From Spirochaetia bacterium (GTDB lineage: Bacteria; Spirochaetota; Spirochaetia; UBA9216): a stretch of DNA of 64,000 nucleotides. Where the stretch lies: the NCBI GenBank assembly GCA_963677925.2, contig CAXXYH010000004.1, positions 1,024,001 through 1,088,000 on the forward strand. Direction: 5' to 3'. Position 1 is the stretch's first letter; each line of letters begins with the position of its first letter. The translations under genes were made by a program, and so were the position numbers. Under the pieces are notes generated by a model. It was not told the origin of the DNA. It did no database searches and saw only the letters and a program-made list of their open reading frames with translations. Positions 19,086 through 28,915 of this stretch are shown here, one piece after another.

Positions 19086-19286
19086 CTTGAATTAATCCTC
19101 GTTTATGATTCAGATTGCTGAACTGAAAATGTATCATATACGGGGCAGCCGGGAAAGGCATGTAAAAATAATTGCATCGGTAGATTGCTTCGAAAGGTAT
19201 ACAGAAGCTAGTAGTTGTAATTTATCACCGGGAGTATTAGCTGCATGATGAATGGCTGTGAGCTCTCCCGTTTTGAATGGTCTAAA

Positions 19287-20108
19287 TCAGCCGAACATCA
19301 GTTCGATGCTGTCCTTTAATCCCTGCTTTAATACTGATTGATCCATAACCTGCACCTTTGTTGAGAATGCTTCATATGAAATGGGTCCTGTGTATCCGCC
19401 AGAAATAAGTGCATGAATCTGCTCGATATTTCCCATGCAGTCCTCTTTTGTAACAAGGATTCTGTCATCATCAGTTATTTCTGCTTTCTTTTTTCCGGGG
19501 AGGACTCCGGAGATGTGGATAAGTCCTGTTTCTTCGGGAAATACTTCGGTCTCACCGGCAAGATAATGGTGGAATGTGTCGTGGGTTGTTTTGTAAACAG
19601 AAGAAAGGTTTGCCTCTCTGATTGCGGCAACGGCCTGTGCTTTTGTTCTTACACTGCATATTTCAAAGCCAAGAGGTTCGATTAAGCCGGTCATTCCGTT
19701 AATGTTAAAAATATCCGCGTAACCTTTGAGTGCTGCGACCAGATCTTTCTGCTGCAGCTCTTTGCTGCGTTTATCATCAGGATCGTTTACTGGACAGAGT
19801 ATAATCATAGGGCAGCTGACGCTTTTTGCTGTTTCTATAAGTTCTTTAAGCTCCTGCTTTTTATTTTCAAGCAGAGCCGGGTCGTTAAATCTCTGCAGCG
19901 CATTTACTGTCAGAATTTCGATACCTGTGTCGGCTGCAGTTTTTTTGATCTGCTCAGGGGTTTCACTGCCCAGAACTCTATTATCAGGAAGATCATTTCG
20001 AAGTTCGATTCCTGTAAAACCGCATTCAAGTGCGAACTTTAGAAAGGATGATACGGATGATTCGGGTCTTATTATCTGGTTAAGAGAAAGTTTGTTTGAT
20101 ATTTTCAT
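19287..20108 (-). CDS. Xylose-isomerase-like TIM barrel, IolI-like inosose isomerase (copy 1)
   Basis: IELRNDL, NALQRFN, IEPLGF, HDTFHH, HISGV and DDDR motifs. GGAG RBS before ATG 20108. Close paralogue of 22886-23713. Confidence 0.75.
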   Translation of the reverse strand: MKISNKLSLNQIIRPESSVSSFLKFALECGFTGIELRNDLPDNRVLGSETPEQIKKTAADTGIEILTVNALQRFNDPALLENKKQELKELIETAKSVSCPMIILCPVNDPDDKRSKELQQKDLVAALKGYADIFNINGMTGLIEPLGFEICSVRTKAQAVAAIREANLSSVYKTTHDTFHHYLAGETEVFPEETGLIHISGVLPGKKKAEITDDDRILVTKEDCMGNIEQIHALISGGYTGPISYEAFSTKVQVMDQSVLKQGLKDSIELMFG

Positions 20109-20149
20109 TATGCTCTCCAAAATAAGTATTCAGATTCACTGTAGAATAA

Positions 20150-20237
20150 ATGATAGCATAAAAATTGTATTTGTCAATTTAATTATGAAACATAGTTACG
20201 TAATTAAATTGACAATTCTAAAGTCCGGTGTAATAAT
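20150..20237. promoter_or_regulatory. Perfect 15-bp inverted repeat carrying back-to-back -35 boxes of divergent promoters; probable operator
   Basis: TTGTCAATTTAATTA (20171-20185), 15-nt spacer, TAATTAAATTGACAA (20201-20215). Minus strand TTGACA-N16-TATCAT with extended TG. Plus strand TTGACA-N16/17-TAATAA(T). Confidence 0.75.
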
Positions 20238-20267
20238 TCAAATAAAATACTGATTTGGAGGATGATG

Positions 20268-21524
20268 ATGACAGGAAAGGAAAGGCTGCAGAAAGCACTT
20301 GCACATCAGGAAGGCCCTGTTTCGGTAGATTTCGGGGCGGCAACCATTTCCGGAATGCACTGCAGCATAGTTGAGAAACTGAGAAATTATTATGGTCTTG
20401 AAAAAAGATCTGTTAAGATACATGAACCCTACCAGATGCTTGGGTATATAGATAGTGACCTTGCTCAGGCTGTGGGTGTGGATATCAAAGGGATTTTTGC
20501 GCGTAATACTGCATTCGGTTTTCCTGTTGAAGATTGGAAAGAGTGGAAGACGCCCTGGGGGCAGGATGTGCTTGTTCCAGGCGGATTTAATGTTACTCAG
20601 GAAGGCGGGGAGGTCTATATATATCCGCAGGGGGATATGACTGTTGCCCCGAGCGGTAAAATGCCGGAAGGCGGTTATTTTTTTGACAGCACCAACCGGC
20701 AGAAACCGATAGTAGAGAATGATTTAAAAGCAGAGGACAACCTTGAAGAGGTTGAGCTTTTTACTGATGATGATTTAGCATACTTTAAAAGAGAAATTGA
20801 AGAGGCAAAAAAGACCGGGCTGGGTATTATTGTAAACTTCGGGGGAATGGCCTTCGGTGATATTGCCGAGGTTCCCGGGCCGGGGCTTAAGGATCCGAAG
20901 GGGATTCGGGATGTCACTGAATGGTATGTTTCAACTCTCACGAGGTCCAAACTGATTCATGAGATTTTTGAAAAGAGGGCTGAAGCTGCACTTGAAAACC
21001 TTAAGCGGGCATATGCAGTAGTCGGCAACGGTCCGGATGCTGTTTATATCTGCGGAACTGACTTCGGTACTCAGAACTCTCTATTCTGCTCAATTGATAC
21101 TTATGAAAACCTGTATGCACCATATTACAGAATCCTGAATGACTGGATCCATGAGAATACCGAATGGAAAACATTCAAGCACTCCTGCGGTGCAGTCGAA
21201 CCGTTTATGCAGCATTTTATCGATTCCGGTTTTGATATTATAAATCCTGTGCAGTGCTCCGCAGCAGGAATGGAGCCTCAGCTTCTGAAAGATCGTTATG
21301 GAGAGAAGCTGGTTTTCTGGGGCGGTGGAATAGATACTCAGCAGACACTTCCGTTCGGGACTCCAGCGCAGGTTAAAGCAGAGGCTGAATCAAGGCTGAG
21401 GATTTTCAGTTCGGGTGGCGGTTATATTTTTAACTCAATACATAATATTCAGGCTGGAACCCCGGTGGAGAATGTTGCTGCACTGATAGAGTCAGTTCAC
21501 TCGTTTAACAGGAGCAGGGAATAA
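20268..21524 (+). CDS. Uroporphyrinogen decarboxylase / MtaA-CmuA methyltransferase superfamily protein (copy 1)
   Basis: KERL..AL.H...VSVDFG, DFGTQ, KHSCG, DIINPVQ, FWGGGIDTQ and HNIQ motifs. GGAGG RBS. Confidence 0.85.
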   Translation: MTGKERLQKALAHQEGPVSVDFGAATISGMHCSIVEKLRNYYGLEKRSVKIHEPYQMLGYIDSDLAQAVGVDIKGIFARNTAFGFPVEDWKEWKTPWGQDVLVPGGFNVTQEGGEVYIYPQGDMTVAPSGKMPEGGYFFDSTNRQKPIVENDLKAEDNLEEVELFTDDDLAYFKREIEEAKKTGLGIIVNFGGMAFGDIAEVPGPGLKDPKGIRDVTEWYVSTLTRSKLIHEIFEKRAEAALENLKRAYAVVGNGPDAVYICGTDFGTQNSLFCSIDTYENLYAPYYRILNDWIHENTEWKTFKHSCGAVEPFMQHFIDSGFDIINPVQCSAAGMEPQLLKDRYGEKLVFWGGGIDTQQTLPFGTPAQVKAEAESRLRIFSSGGGYIFNSIHNIQAGTPVENVAALIESVHSFNRSRE

Positions 21525-21566
21525 TGCGATTGACTCAGGTACAGCATATCCCTACAATCTTTCTGG

Positions 21567-22817
21567 ATGAAAGTGCATCATAAAGAGCAGGGGCAGAAAC
21601 CCAGGAATATCAGAACACAAAACCGCAGGATTATTCTCGATTTATACCATCGCAATGAGGGTTTGTCGGTGACCGAGGTGTCTGACCAGGCAGGTCTCAG
21701 CAGAACAACTGTTATGAAGGTTGTGCAGCAGCTGCTGGAGGACGGGCTTCTTGTTGAATCGGGAAAACGGTTTATCAATGAATCAGGCGGAAAGAGACCT
21801 GTTATCTACAGCTTTAACAGCAGGATAAAGCTGATAATTACTGCTTATATCCAGTATGAAAAAATACTTCTGAGGGTTTTTGATTTAAGATTTAATGTCC
21901 TGTTGGATGATACTGCCGAAATTACCAGAAATATGGATTTAACCGATATTGCAGGAAAGATCGGCGGTATGATAGAACGTGGAGTAAAGACAAATGAGGC
22001 TTTTTCGGAGTCTGATTTTCTTGCCTGTATGATTGGTCTCCACGGAAATATAGATCTAAGTTCCGGTATCTGCCTCCAGGCTACTCATTTTCATTCATGG
22101 GGACTTAACCGCAATGTCCGGGATATCTTTGAAAATGAACTTGCGCTGAATTGTCCAGTCTATATTGATAACTGGATCAGATTTAAAACTTTCGGGAAGA
22201 GCCGAACCGGTTCTGCTGAAAAGAAGGGCGCTTTTCTTCTTCTTGATGCGGGCTGGCATGGTGTCGGGCTTGGAGTTCTTCAGAACGGCGAGCTGTATCA
22301 GGGGAAGAATAATGTAGCCGGCGAGATCGGTCACTTCAGAGTTAATTATGAGGATAAAGAGGAGTGTTTCTGCGGCAGCAGGGGCTGTTTTGAACAGCAG
22401 GTAATGCTGGAACGGCTGCATGAAAGAGCCGAGGCAGATGCGGATAAGTATCTTTCCAGCCCGCTTTCCGATACAGCAGGCAGCTTTACTTATGAGGACC
22501 TTTTTAATGCCGCGGATTCCGGGGACGCTTTTGCGTGCAGCCTTCTGGATCCTTTGATCGGCTGGTTTGCCGCAGTGGTTTCATACCTGATATTGTTTAT
22601 GGATCCTGATGTGTTGTCCATTGAGGGAGAGTATGCTTCCGGCTGCCGTTATTTTGAAAACGGTCTGATATCAGCTCTTAAGGAAACCGCTCTCCCGAGA
22701 ATTGCTCGCGGAGAGGTTGTCAGGTTCAGAAAGAGCGGAACAGATTCTGTCCTTCTTGGTGCTGCAATTTCTGCCTATGAGATGTACTTTCCAGCTTTCT
22801 CTGAAAGTGGTATGTAA
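21567..22817 (+). CDS. ROK-family transcriptional repressor (XylR/NagC-like)
   Basis: N-terminal HTH (GLSRTTV), GGKRP, and GEIGH...CFCGSRGCFE Zn motif. Upstream TTGACT-N17-TACAAT. Confidence 0.9.
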   Translation: MKVHHKEQGQKPRNIRTQNRRIILDLYHRNEGLSVTEVSDQAGLSRTTVMKVVQQLLEDGLLVESGKRFINESGGKRPVIYSFNSRIKLIITAYIQYEKILLRVFDLRFNVLLDDTAEITRNMDLTDIAGKIGGMIERGVKTNEAFSESDFLACMIGLHGNIDLSSGICLQATHFHSWGLNRNVRDIFENELALNCPVYIDNWIRFKTFGKSRTGSAEKKGAFLLLDAGWHGVGLGVLQNGELYQGKNNVAGEIGHFRVNYEDKEECFCGSRGCFEQQVMLERLHERAEADADKYLSSPLSDTAGSFTYEDLFNAADSGDAFACSLLDPLIGWFAAVVSYLILFMDPDVLSIEGEYASGCRYFENGLISALKETALPRIARGEVVRFRKSGTDSVLLGAAISAYEMYFPAFSESGM

Positions 22818-22854
22818 ACAAAAACCCCGGTGACAGTTTCCGGGGTTTTTGTTT
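22816..22854. terminator. Bidirectional intrinsic terminator
   Basis: aaacaaaaaccccgg-tgacagttt-ccggggtttttgttt between convergent genes. Confidence 0.88.
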
Positions 22855-22885
22855 GAAATTGGTTTTTATTCTGTATTCTGAAGAA

Positions 22886-23713
22886 TCAGCTGAATATCAG
22901 TTCAATACTGTCTTTTAGTTCATTTTTTAATTCTGTTTTGTTCATGCACTGAATATCAGGCGAAAACGTTTCGTAGGAAACCGGGCCCTTATATCCGGCT
23001 TCAAAAAGAGCGTTTACCTGCATGATGTTGTCCATGCAATCCTCATCTGTTACAAAGATTCTGTCCTCGTCGGTTATGCTGCTTTTTTGCTTTCCCGGCA
23101 GAACTCCGGAAATGTGAATAAGACCTGTCTCCTCAGGGAAAAACTCTGTCTCTCCGCTCAGGTAATGATGAAATGTGTCATGTGTTATTTTATAAACGGA
23201 TGAAAGACCGGTTTCCTGTATTGCTGCAACCGCTGCAGCCTTTGTTCTCACACTGCAGATAGGAAATCCAAGCGGTTCAATAAGTCCTGTGATTCCGTTG
23301 TCACTGAAGATGGAGGCATATTCTTTAAGTGCTGCTATCAGATCTTTGTGCTGATGAGCTGACTCCCTTGTATCAGCCGGGTCGTTGACCGGACACAGTA
23401 TAATCATGGAACAGTCTATGCTCTTTGCCGTCATCACTAGTTTTTTCAGTTCCTTTTTTTTGTCTCCGAAAAGTTCCGGATCGTTAAAGCGCTGCAGGGC
23501 GTTTATTGTTAATATTTCAATCCCTGTCTCAAGGCAGGCTTCTCTCACCTGATCGGGTATTTCAGCTCCTAAAACCCGTCGATCCGGCAGATCGTTTCTG
23601 AGTTCAATTGCTGAAATACCGCACTCCGATGCAAACCCTATAAATTTTGTAACCGAAGACTCTGGTCTGATTATCTTGTTAAGTGATAACTTTACAGGAT
23701 ATTTAATTCCCAT
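22886..23713 (-). CDS. Xylose-isomerase-like TIM barrel, IolI-like inosose isomerase (copy 2)
   Basis: Same motifs as 19287-20108. Translationally coupled to the upstream gene (TAATG overlap). Confidence 0.75.
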   Translation of the reverse strand: MGIKYPVKLSLNKIIRPESSVTKFIGFASECGISAIELRNDLPDRRVLGAEIPDQVREACLETGIEILTINALQRFNDPELFGDKKKELKKLVMTAKSIDCSMIILCPVNDPADTRESAHQHKDLIAALKEYASIFSDNGITGLIEPLGFPICSVRTKAAAVAAIQETGLSSVYKITHDTFHHYLSGETEFFPEETGLIHISGVLPGKQKSSITDEDRIFVTDEDCMDNIMQVNALFEAGYKGPVSYETFSPDIQCMNKTELKNELKDSIELIFS

Positions 23714-24612
23714 TATTTACCCAGCAGTTCTTTCTCTATTCTTTCCCTGGCAGCCGGAGCTTCCTTTTCCATCAGTTCGGGGTAGCCGAAATAAGATACA
23801 CAAATTATAGAGTCTCCTCCGACTTTGAATTTTTTCCCGGCAAAATTCATGTCGCGCAGTGTTTCAAATATTCCGTCAAAATCGACATCTCCGTATCCCA
23901 TCGGGGTATGCTGATGAATAGTCATTTCAACACCGGGAGGATTGACAATGTATCGCAGGCCTGACCCGGCCAGTGCTGTCTGGTTGTAGGTATCGGCAAG
24001 AAGTACGTGGGAAAGGTCCTCTCCGGCATATTTCAGCATTGAGCGGACATCTCCTTTTCCCTCATCATAGAAAAATCCGTGGGACGCTGAGTAGACATAT
24101 TTTACGTAGTCCGAGCGGAATGATTTTACGAGATCGCAGGTTTCATTATTCAATTCACAGAAATCATAGGGGTGGGACTGGATCTCGACCCGGATGTCGT
24201 ATTTTTCGAAGAGCGGAAGCAGCTCCTCCATCGATTTAAACCACATCCCGTTGCAAATTTCCTGCTGATTGGGATCTCCGGAGAGCTCGGTGTTGATTAC
24301 CCTCACTCCCATGGAATCGGCAATTTCAATTATCCGTTTCCAGTTTGCCACAGCATGTTCCCGCTGTACTTCAGTTGGCCCTGACCACCGGTAAACCACG
24401 ATAAAAGATGAAAGTTCGACTCCTGTTTCCTTGAGAGCTTTCCGGTATTCAGCCTCAACATCTTTTGAGAACAGGGGGTGTTTATAGAAAGGGTTGATCT
24501 GCGGGTGGGGTGACTGCTCTATATATTTATACCCCCAGTCAGCAACCTGATGAACCATATCTGTTATATTTTTTTCCCTGGCCAGTACATCAACATCAAA
24601 TGCAATTTTCAT
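23713..24612 (-). CDS. iolH: IolH-like sugar phosphate isomerase/epimerase
   Basis: GYKYIEQSPH, YRWSGP, INTELSG, HPYDF, HVLLADT and RYIVNPPG...HQH motifs characteristic of IolH. Confidence 0.8.
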   Translation of the reverse strand: MKIAFDVDVLAREKNITDMVHQVADWGYKYIEQSPHPQINPFYKHPLFSKDVEAEYRKALKETGVELSSFIVVYRWSGPTEVQREHAVANWKRIIEIADSMGVRVINTELSGDPNQQEICNGMWFKSMEELLPLFEKYDIRVEIQSHPYDFCELNNETCDLVKSFRSDYVKYVYSASHGFFYDEGKGDVRSMLKYAGEDLSHVLLADTYNQTALAGSGLRYIVNPPGVEMTIHQHTPMGYGDVDFDGIFETLRDMNFAGKKFKVGGDSIICVSYFGYPELMEKEAPAARERIEKELLGK

Positions 24613-24638
24613 AATTTCCTCCTTAAAAAATCATAAAA

Positions 24639-25580
24639 TCATTGACTTATTGTCTGCTTTAGAGCGTCTATTGAGGTTTCTATTCCACGCTCAACACTCA
24701 TCGTGAGATCTTCCATTTCAAGAGAAACGATACCGTTGTATCCGGTCATCCGGGCAACGGAGAAGAACTCTTTCCACCACTGCAGATCTTTTCCGCAGCC
24801 TACTGCTACATAGTTCCATGTTCGATTAACTGTATCTGTGACCGGCTTGTATTCCATCAGCCCGTTCACATCGCAAAGTCCTCTTTCGATTCTGGCATCT
24901 TTGCCGTGGATGTGGTATATGGCGTCGCCGGTTGCTCTTGCTGCGGCGATAGGATCTGCGCCCATTGCTATCAGATGCGACGGGTCGAGGTTCATTCCGA
25001 TGATCGGGCCGACTGCCTCTCGAAGCTTGAACAGTGTTTCGGTGTTGTATACAAGCATGCAGGGGAATTCTTCCAGAGCAATCTGCTCAATTCCGTGTTT
25101 TTTTGCATGTTCGGCAAACTTTTTCCACCATGGAATAGCTACTTCATTCCACTGGTAATCGATAGTTTCAACCATGTAGTCAGGCCAGGAAACCGTTGAT
25201 GTGACCCAGTTGGGGGTCTTGTCGCCCGGTGCGCCTGCAGGCAGTCCGGACATCATGACTATTTTTGTCAGGCCCAGTTTTCCTGCAAGTTCCACGGTCT
25301 GATAGGAAGTTTTTTCGTGGGCTTTTCCCATATCTGTAGGAGCCAGGGGATTGCCTGAGCAGTTGAGTGCTGCAATTTTCATATCGCGCTTATCAAGCTC
25401 GGCCTGAAAAGCCTTCAGTTTGCCTTTATCGGCCAGCAGTTCGGCTGTTTTTACGTGGGGGCAGGCAGCCCATCCGCCGGCAGTCATTTCTACATAGTTG
25501 ATGCCGTAGCCTTTGACTTTATCAAGCATGTCCGGATAGCTGAGATCTCCCAGAACGTCGGTGCAAATTGATAATTCCAT
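24639..25580 (-). CDS. Sugar phosphate isomerase/epimerase (AP_endonuc_2 TIM barrel)
   Basis: LNCSGNPL, MMSGLP, MNLDPSH, HIHGKD and SLEMED motifs. Paralogue of 39100-40047. Confidence 0.8.
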   Translation of the reverse strand: MELSICTDVLGDLSYPDMLDKVKGYGINYVEMTAGGWAACPHVKTAELLADKGKLKAFQAELDKRDMKIAALNCSGNPLAPTDMGKAHEKTSYQTVELAGKLGLTKIVMMSGLPAGAPGDKTPNWVTSTVSWPDYMVETIDYQWNEVAIPWWKKFAEHAKKHGIEQIALEEFPCMLVYNTETLFKLREAVGPIIGMNLDPSHLIAMGADPIAAARATGDAIYHIHGKDARIERGLCDVNGLMEYKPVTDTVNRTWNYVAVGCGKDLQWWKEFFSVARMTGYNGIVSLEMEDLTMSVERGIETSIDALKQTISQ

Positions 25581-25591
25581 CTGCTGTCTCC

Positions 25592-26599
25592 TTATTTATA
25601 AAAATCAGGGCATGCCGGTGTTTCGATGCTTACCCTGGTCTGGGTGTCTCTTGCTTTTGAGGCAGCTGCAGCCGCAACCGATGCAACGTATCCATCCCAG
25701 GCTGTGGGTCCGTCTACTTTGCCTGCAACAGAAGCGTTTATCCATGCCTGGAATTCTATGTTATATGCATCCGGAAATCTTTCAGACCAGTCGGCGCATA
25801 TGGGGTAGACCCTTGCTGTGCTCTTTCTTTCCATCGCAATATTTGGTTCGGGAAGATTTATTGTTCCGTCCTCGCAGACGACTTCGCATTTGATGTCATA
25901 GCCGTACTTGCAGTTTACAAAGGATTCTACGTCTATTCTTACGCCCGATTTAGTTGTGAGATACATTACCTGAGGATCGTGAAAACCGCTTTCGGCATGT
26001 CTTGATGTACGAGGGAATACGACCTCGGCACTTGCATAATCTTCGCCGAGCAGCCACCGCAGGACATCTATCTCATGGATTAATGAGTTTTCAACCGGCA
26101 TAGAGTCATTCCATCCGCTGACAGCAGCATTTCTATGAGCGCAGTGAAGCATCAGCGGAGCACCGAGCCTTCCTGTGTCGATTGCCTCTTTCAGCTGAAC
26201 ATAGCCGGCATCGTAGCGCCTCATGAATCCTACCTGAAGCAGTTTCTTTCCGCCGGCCATCTCGGCATCGACTACATTTTTTGCTTCCTGCTGGGTAGGT
26301 GCCAGAGGTTTTTCGCAGAAAACATATTTTCCTGCCTTTATTGAGGCTATTGAAAGTCTTTCATGATGTTCGTCAGAAGTCGTAATGATTACGGCTTCGA
26401 TTTTATCGCTTTTGATAAGATCTTCAGGTTCTCTGAAATATTCGAGCCCCAGATTCTCTGCCACACTTTTTCCGAAATCGGCGTTAATATCGGCAACCGC
26501 AATAACGCGCCCGCCCTGTAGTCTTGTATTTATTCTTTCTATATGCGTGCGGCCTATTGCTCCTGTTCCAATTAGACCGATCTGTAATTCTTTACTCAT
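25592..26599 (-). CDS. iolG: Inositol 2-dehydrogenase (Gfo/Idh/MocA), Bacillus IolG-like
   Basis: GLIGTGAIG, CEKPL, QVGFMRRYD, HCAHRN, IHEID and YGYDIKCE motifs. ATG 26599 with GGAGAG RBS. Confidence 0.88.
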   Translation of the reverse strand: MSKELQIGLIGTGAIGRTHIERINTRLQGGRVIAVADINADFGKSVAENLGLEYFREPEDLIKSDKIEAVIITTSDEHHERLSIASIKAGKYVFCEKPLAPTQQEAKNVVDAEMAGGKKLLQVGFMRRYDAGYVQLKEAIDTGRLGAPLMLHCAHRNAAVSGWNDSMPVENSLIHEIDVLRWLLGEDYASAEVVFPRTSRHAESGFHDPQVMYLTTKSGVRIDVESFVNCKYGYDIKCEVVCEDGTINLPEPNIAMERKSTARVYPICADWSERFPDAYNIEFQAWINASVAGKVDGPTAWDGYVASVAAAAASKARDTQTRVSIETPACPDFYK

Positions 26600-26621
26600 G
26601 GTATTCTCTCCCGTTTGAATG

Positions 26622-27644
26622 TTAGATATTCTCCTTAACAAGGATGTTGATTCCTGTGTAAAAAAACTCCTGTTCTATCGGCTTCTTGTACAATAGATGA
26701 TCGATCATGAGTCTGCCTGGTCTGTACCCCTGCATTTCAAGCTCGCTGTCTATTGTGCACGCAACTATATTTTCATTCACAAGCCGTACTATCTCTTCAT
26801 AACGTTCGAAGCAGATAACCTTTACCCCTCCCTCTCTGCCGAGTGTTTTCAGTGCGTTTCCTACACTGCCCACTCCGCCACATGTTATGTAGATTCCTGT
26901 GATTTCCGGACTGCTCTTTAGTGTGTTAATTGTTTCTGTATAGATAGTTGCGGGATTTTCAAGACTTTCAATTTCTGCCGCTACCCTTATGTAAGGGTAG
27001 GTTTCTTTGATAAAGTCCAGAAATCCTTTTTCTCTTCTGTCTGTATATTTTCCACCTCCATGTTCTGTTCTTCTTGCGATTACAACTATATTTCCGGTTC
27101 CGTTCAGAAACTCTCCCATCAGTCTTGCGGCTACTCTTCCCGCCCTGTATTCATCCTGGCCGACAAAGCAGAGTCGGCCGCTGTCTTCAATATCTAGGTT
27201 GGTGGTGATTACGGGAATTCCTGCTTCGGCAGCTTTTTTGAGTGCTTTTTTTACATAAGGCTCGTTTATCGGAACTATGATTATGCCGTCTACCTTGTTT
27301 TCTATGCATTTTTCAATTGCTTCTATCTGCTTTGCAGACGGATTGAAAGGTGTTATGTGGTAGATTATTTCTGCATTTAATCCCTGATAACCGGCAAGAG
27401 CTCTTTCTATTCCCGATTTGATAAGCTCGAGTGCGTCTATTTCGGTTATGATGGCAGCGATGATTATTTTGTTTTCCTGACGTTTCAGTGCCTGCCCGAT
27501 AGGATTAGGTTCGTATCCGAATTCATCTATTATGGCCTGGACTTTTGTTCTGACGGAGTCGCTTACGCCTTTCCGGCCGTGCAGAACCTTGTCGACGGTT
27601 GATCTGTGAACTCCTGCAATCTTGGCAATTTCCTTGATAGTCAA
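26622..27644 (-). CDS. LacI-family transcriptional regulator
   Basis: TIKEIAKIAGVHRSTVDKVL HTH plus a periplasmic-binding-protein domain. TTG start with GGAGG RBS. Confidence 0.92.
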   Translation of the reverse strand: MTIKEIAKIAGVHRSTVDKVLHGRKGVSDSVRTKVQAIIDEFGYEPNPIGQALKRQENKIIIAAIITEIDALELIKSGIERALAGYQGLNAEIIYHITPFNPSAKQIEAIEKCIENKVDGIIIVPINEPYVKKALKKAAEAGIPVITTNLDIEDSGRLCFVGQDEYRAGRVAARLMGEFLNGTGNIVVIARRTEHGGGKYTDRREKGFLDFIKETYPYIRVAAEIESLENPATIYTETINTLKSSPEITGIYITCGGVGSVGNALKTLGREGGVKVICFERYEEIVRLVNENIVACTIDSELEMQGYRPGRLMIDHLLYKKPIEQEFFYTGINILVKENI

Positions 27645-27663
27645 TTAAAAACGCCCTCCAAGT

Positions 27664-27679
27664 AACGAGCACGAGCTCG
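27664..27679. promoter_or_regulatory. Near-palindrome upstream of the LacI gene, candidate autoregulatory operator
   Basis: aCGAGCAcgAGCTCG-type dyad with a central CG, just upstream of the RBS. Confidence 0.4.
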
Positions 27680-27846
27680 CTGGGAATATATTCTAAACCA
27701 TATCTGAAAAATTGCAAGAAAAATCATCAGATATATTAAATAGACAGTTTTATGCTGAAATCGAAAAATCGGTTATAAATTAATTATTGGAGACTGTTCT
27801 TTGGACTGCAAATATACTGAATGCGCGTTTTCATATGTATTTAACC

Positions 27847-27908
27847 TTGACAATACGATTTTTAGGGTCTAATAATTAAAAAAAAGACTGGCAACGTTTG
27901 CAGTCTTT
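27847..27908 (+). promoter_or_regulatory. iolB-iolD promoter with a LacI-type operator at the start site
   Basis: TTGACA-N17-TAATAA, followed by the dyad AAAGACTGgcAACGTTtgCAGTCTTT (27883-27908) with a central CG. Confidence 0.65.
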
Positions 27909-28095
27909 GTCACTTCTGTCGATTCTAACGTCTGAGAATTATTTTCCTGTATTTTTCTTCAGGCGCCTGTTTTATCAAAATATCACTCAGCTAAAGGTCT
28001 TATGAAATTTAAAAACTGTTTGTCATAAATTCAGTCCGGGTCCGGAATCGGGGATCGGCTGTAAATGAAATTATATGAATTAGGGGTTGTCAGTT

Positions 28096-28911
28096 ATGAT
28101 TGCAAGGAAAGAGGGACCGTTTAAAAGCGGTTATACATCTATAACCGAACAGCACGGCAGAAATCCGGAAATGCTGCTTGATTTTGGAATACTCAAGCTC
28201 GAAGCCGGTGCCGTCTGGGAAGATTCACAGATGAAGGAACGGGCATGGCTTCTTATCAGGGGCCGTGTTGTCTTTGAATGGGAAGGTTTCAGGACCGAAT
28301 GCAGCAGATTCTCATGCTTTGACGAGTGTCCGTCGGTGCTGCATGTTCCGGAAGGTACGGCGGTTAAGATTACAGCCATCGAGGAAAGTGAATTCGGTGT
28401 TGAAGCATGTGATAATACCAAAAAATTTGCTTCTAAGCTTTACCTTCCGGATGATGTACGGAGTGATATTTTCGGCGGCGGAGTGCTCAATGAGGCTTCA
28501 AACCGTACTGTCAGGACGGTTTTTGACGGAGAGATAAATGCTGATTCAAATATGGTCATGGGTGAGGTTATTAATCACCCGGGTAAATGGTCAAGTTTTC
28601 CGCCGCATGATCATCCTCAGCCGGAAATTTATCATTACCGTTTTTTTCCGAAGCAGGGCTTCGGGGTATCGCTTCTGAATGAAGAGGCTTTTGTTATAAA
28701 AGACGGCGATTCAAGTCTCATCGAACCTGATAAAACCCATTCCCAGGTAGCTTCTGCGGGATATGCAATGTATTACATCTGGATGATTCCGCATCTTCCC
28801 GGCGATCGATGGCTTCCCACTACCAGATATTTCAGGAAGGAGCATGAATGGCTGAAAGAGCCGGATGTAAAGATCTGGCCGGAATTAAAATACGGAGATG
28901 AGGAGAAGTAG
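28096..28911 (+). CDS. iolB: 5-deoxy-glucuronate isomerase
   Basis: [30 protein letters not shown] and GYAMYYIW motifs. Directly upstream of iolD. Confidence 0.88.
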   Translation: MIARKEGPFKSGYTSITEQHGRNPEMLLDFGILKLEAGAVWEDSQMKERAWLLIRGRVVFEWEGFRTECSRFSCFDECPSVLHVPEGTAVKITAIEESEFGVEACDNTKKFASKLYLPDDVRSDIFGGGVLNEASNRTVRTVFDGEINADSNMVMGEVINHPGKWSSFPPHDHPQPEIYHYRFFPKQGFGVSLLNEEAFVIKDGDSSLIEPDKTHSQVASAGYAMYYIWMIPHLPGDRWLPTTRYFRKEHEWLKEPDVKIWPELKYGDEEK

Positions 28912-28915
28912 AAAT

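Noticed and set aside
13280-19280. Tn7-like insertion at the glmS 3' end (attTn7)
   Set aside because: Accessory-looking genes follow glmS, but I saw no tns genes, no Tn7-type ends with repeated TnsB sites, and no target duplication.
20268-21524. Calling the URO-D-family genes hemE
   Set aside because: They lack the RQAGRY motif of true HemE, and no tetrapyrrole genes are nearby.
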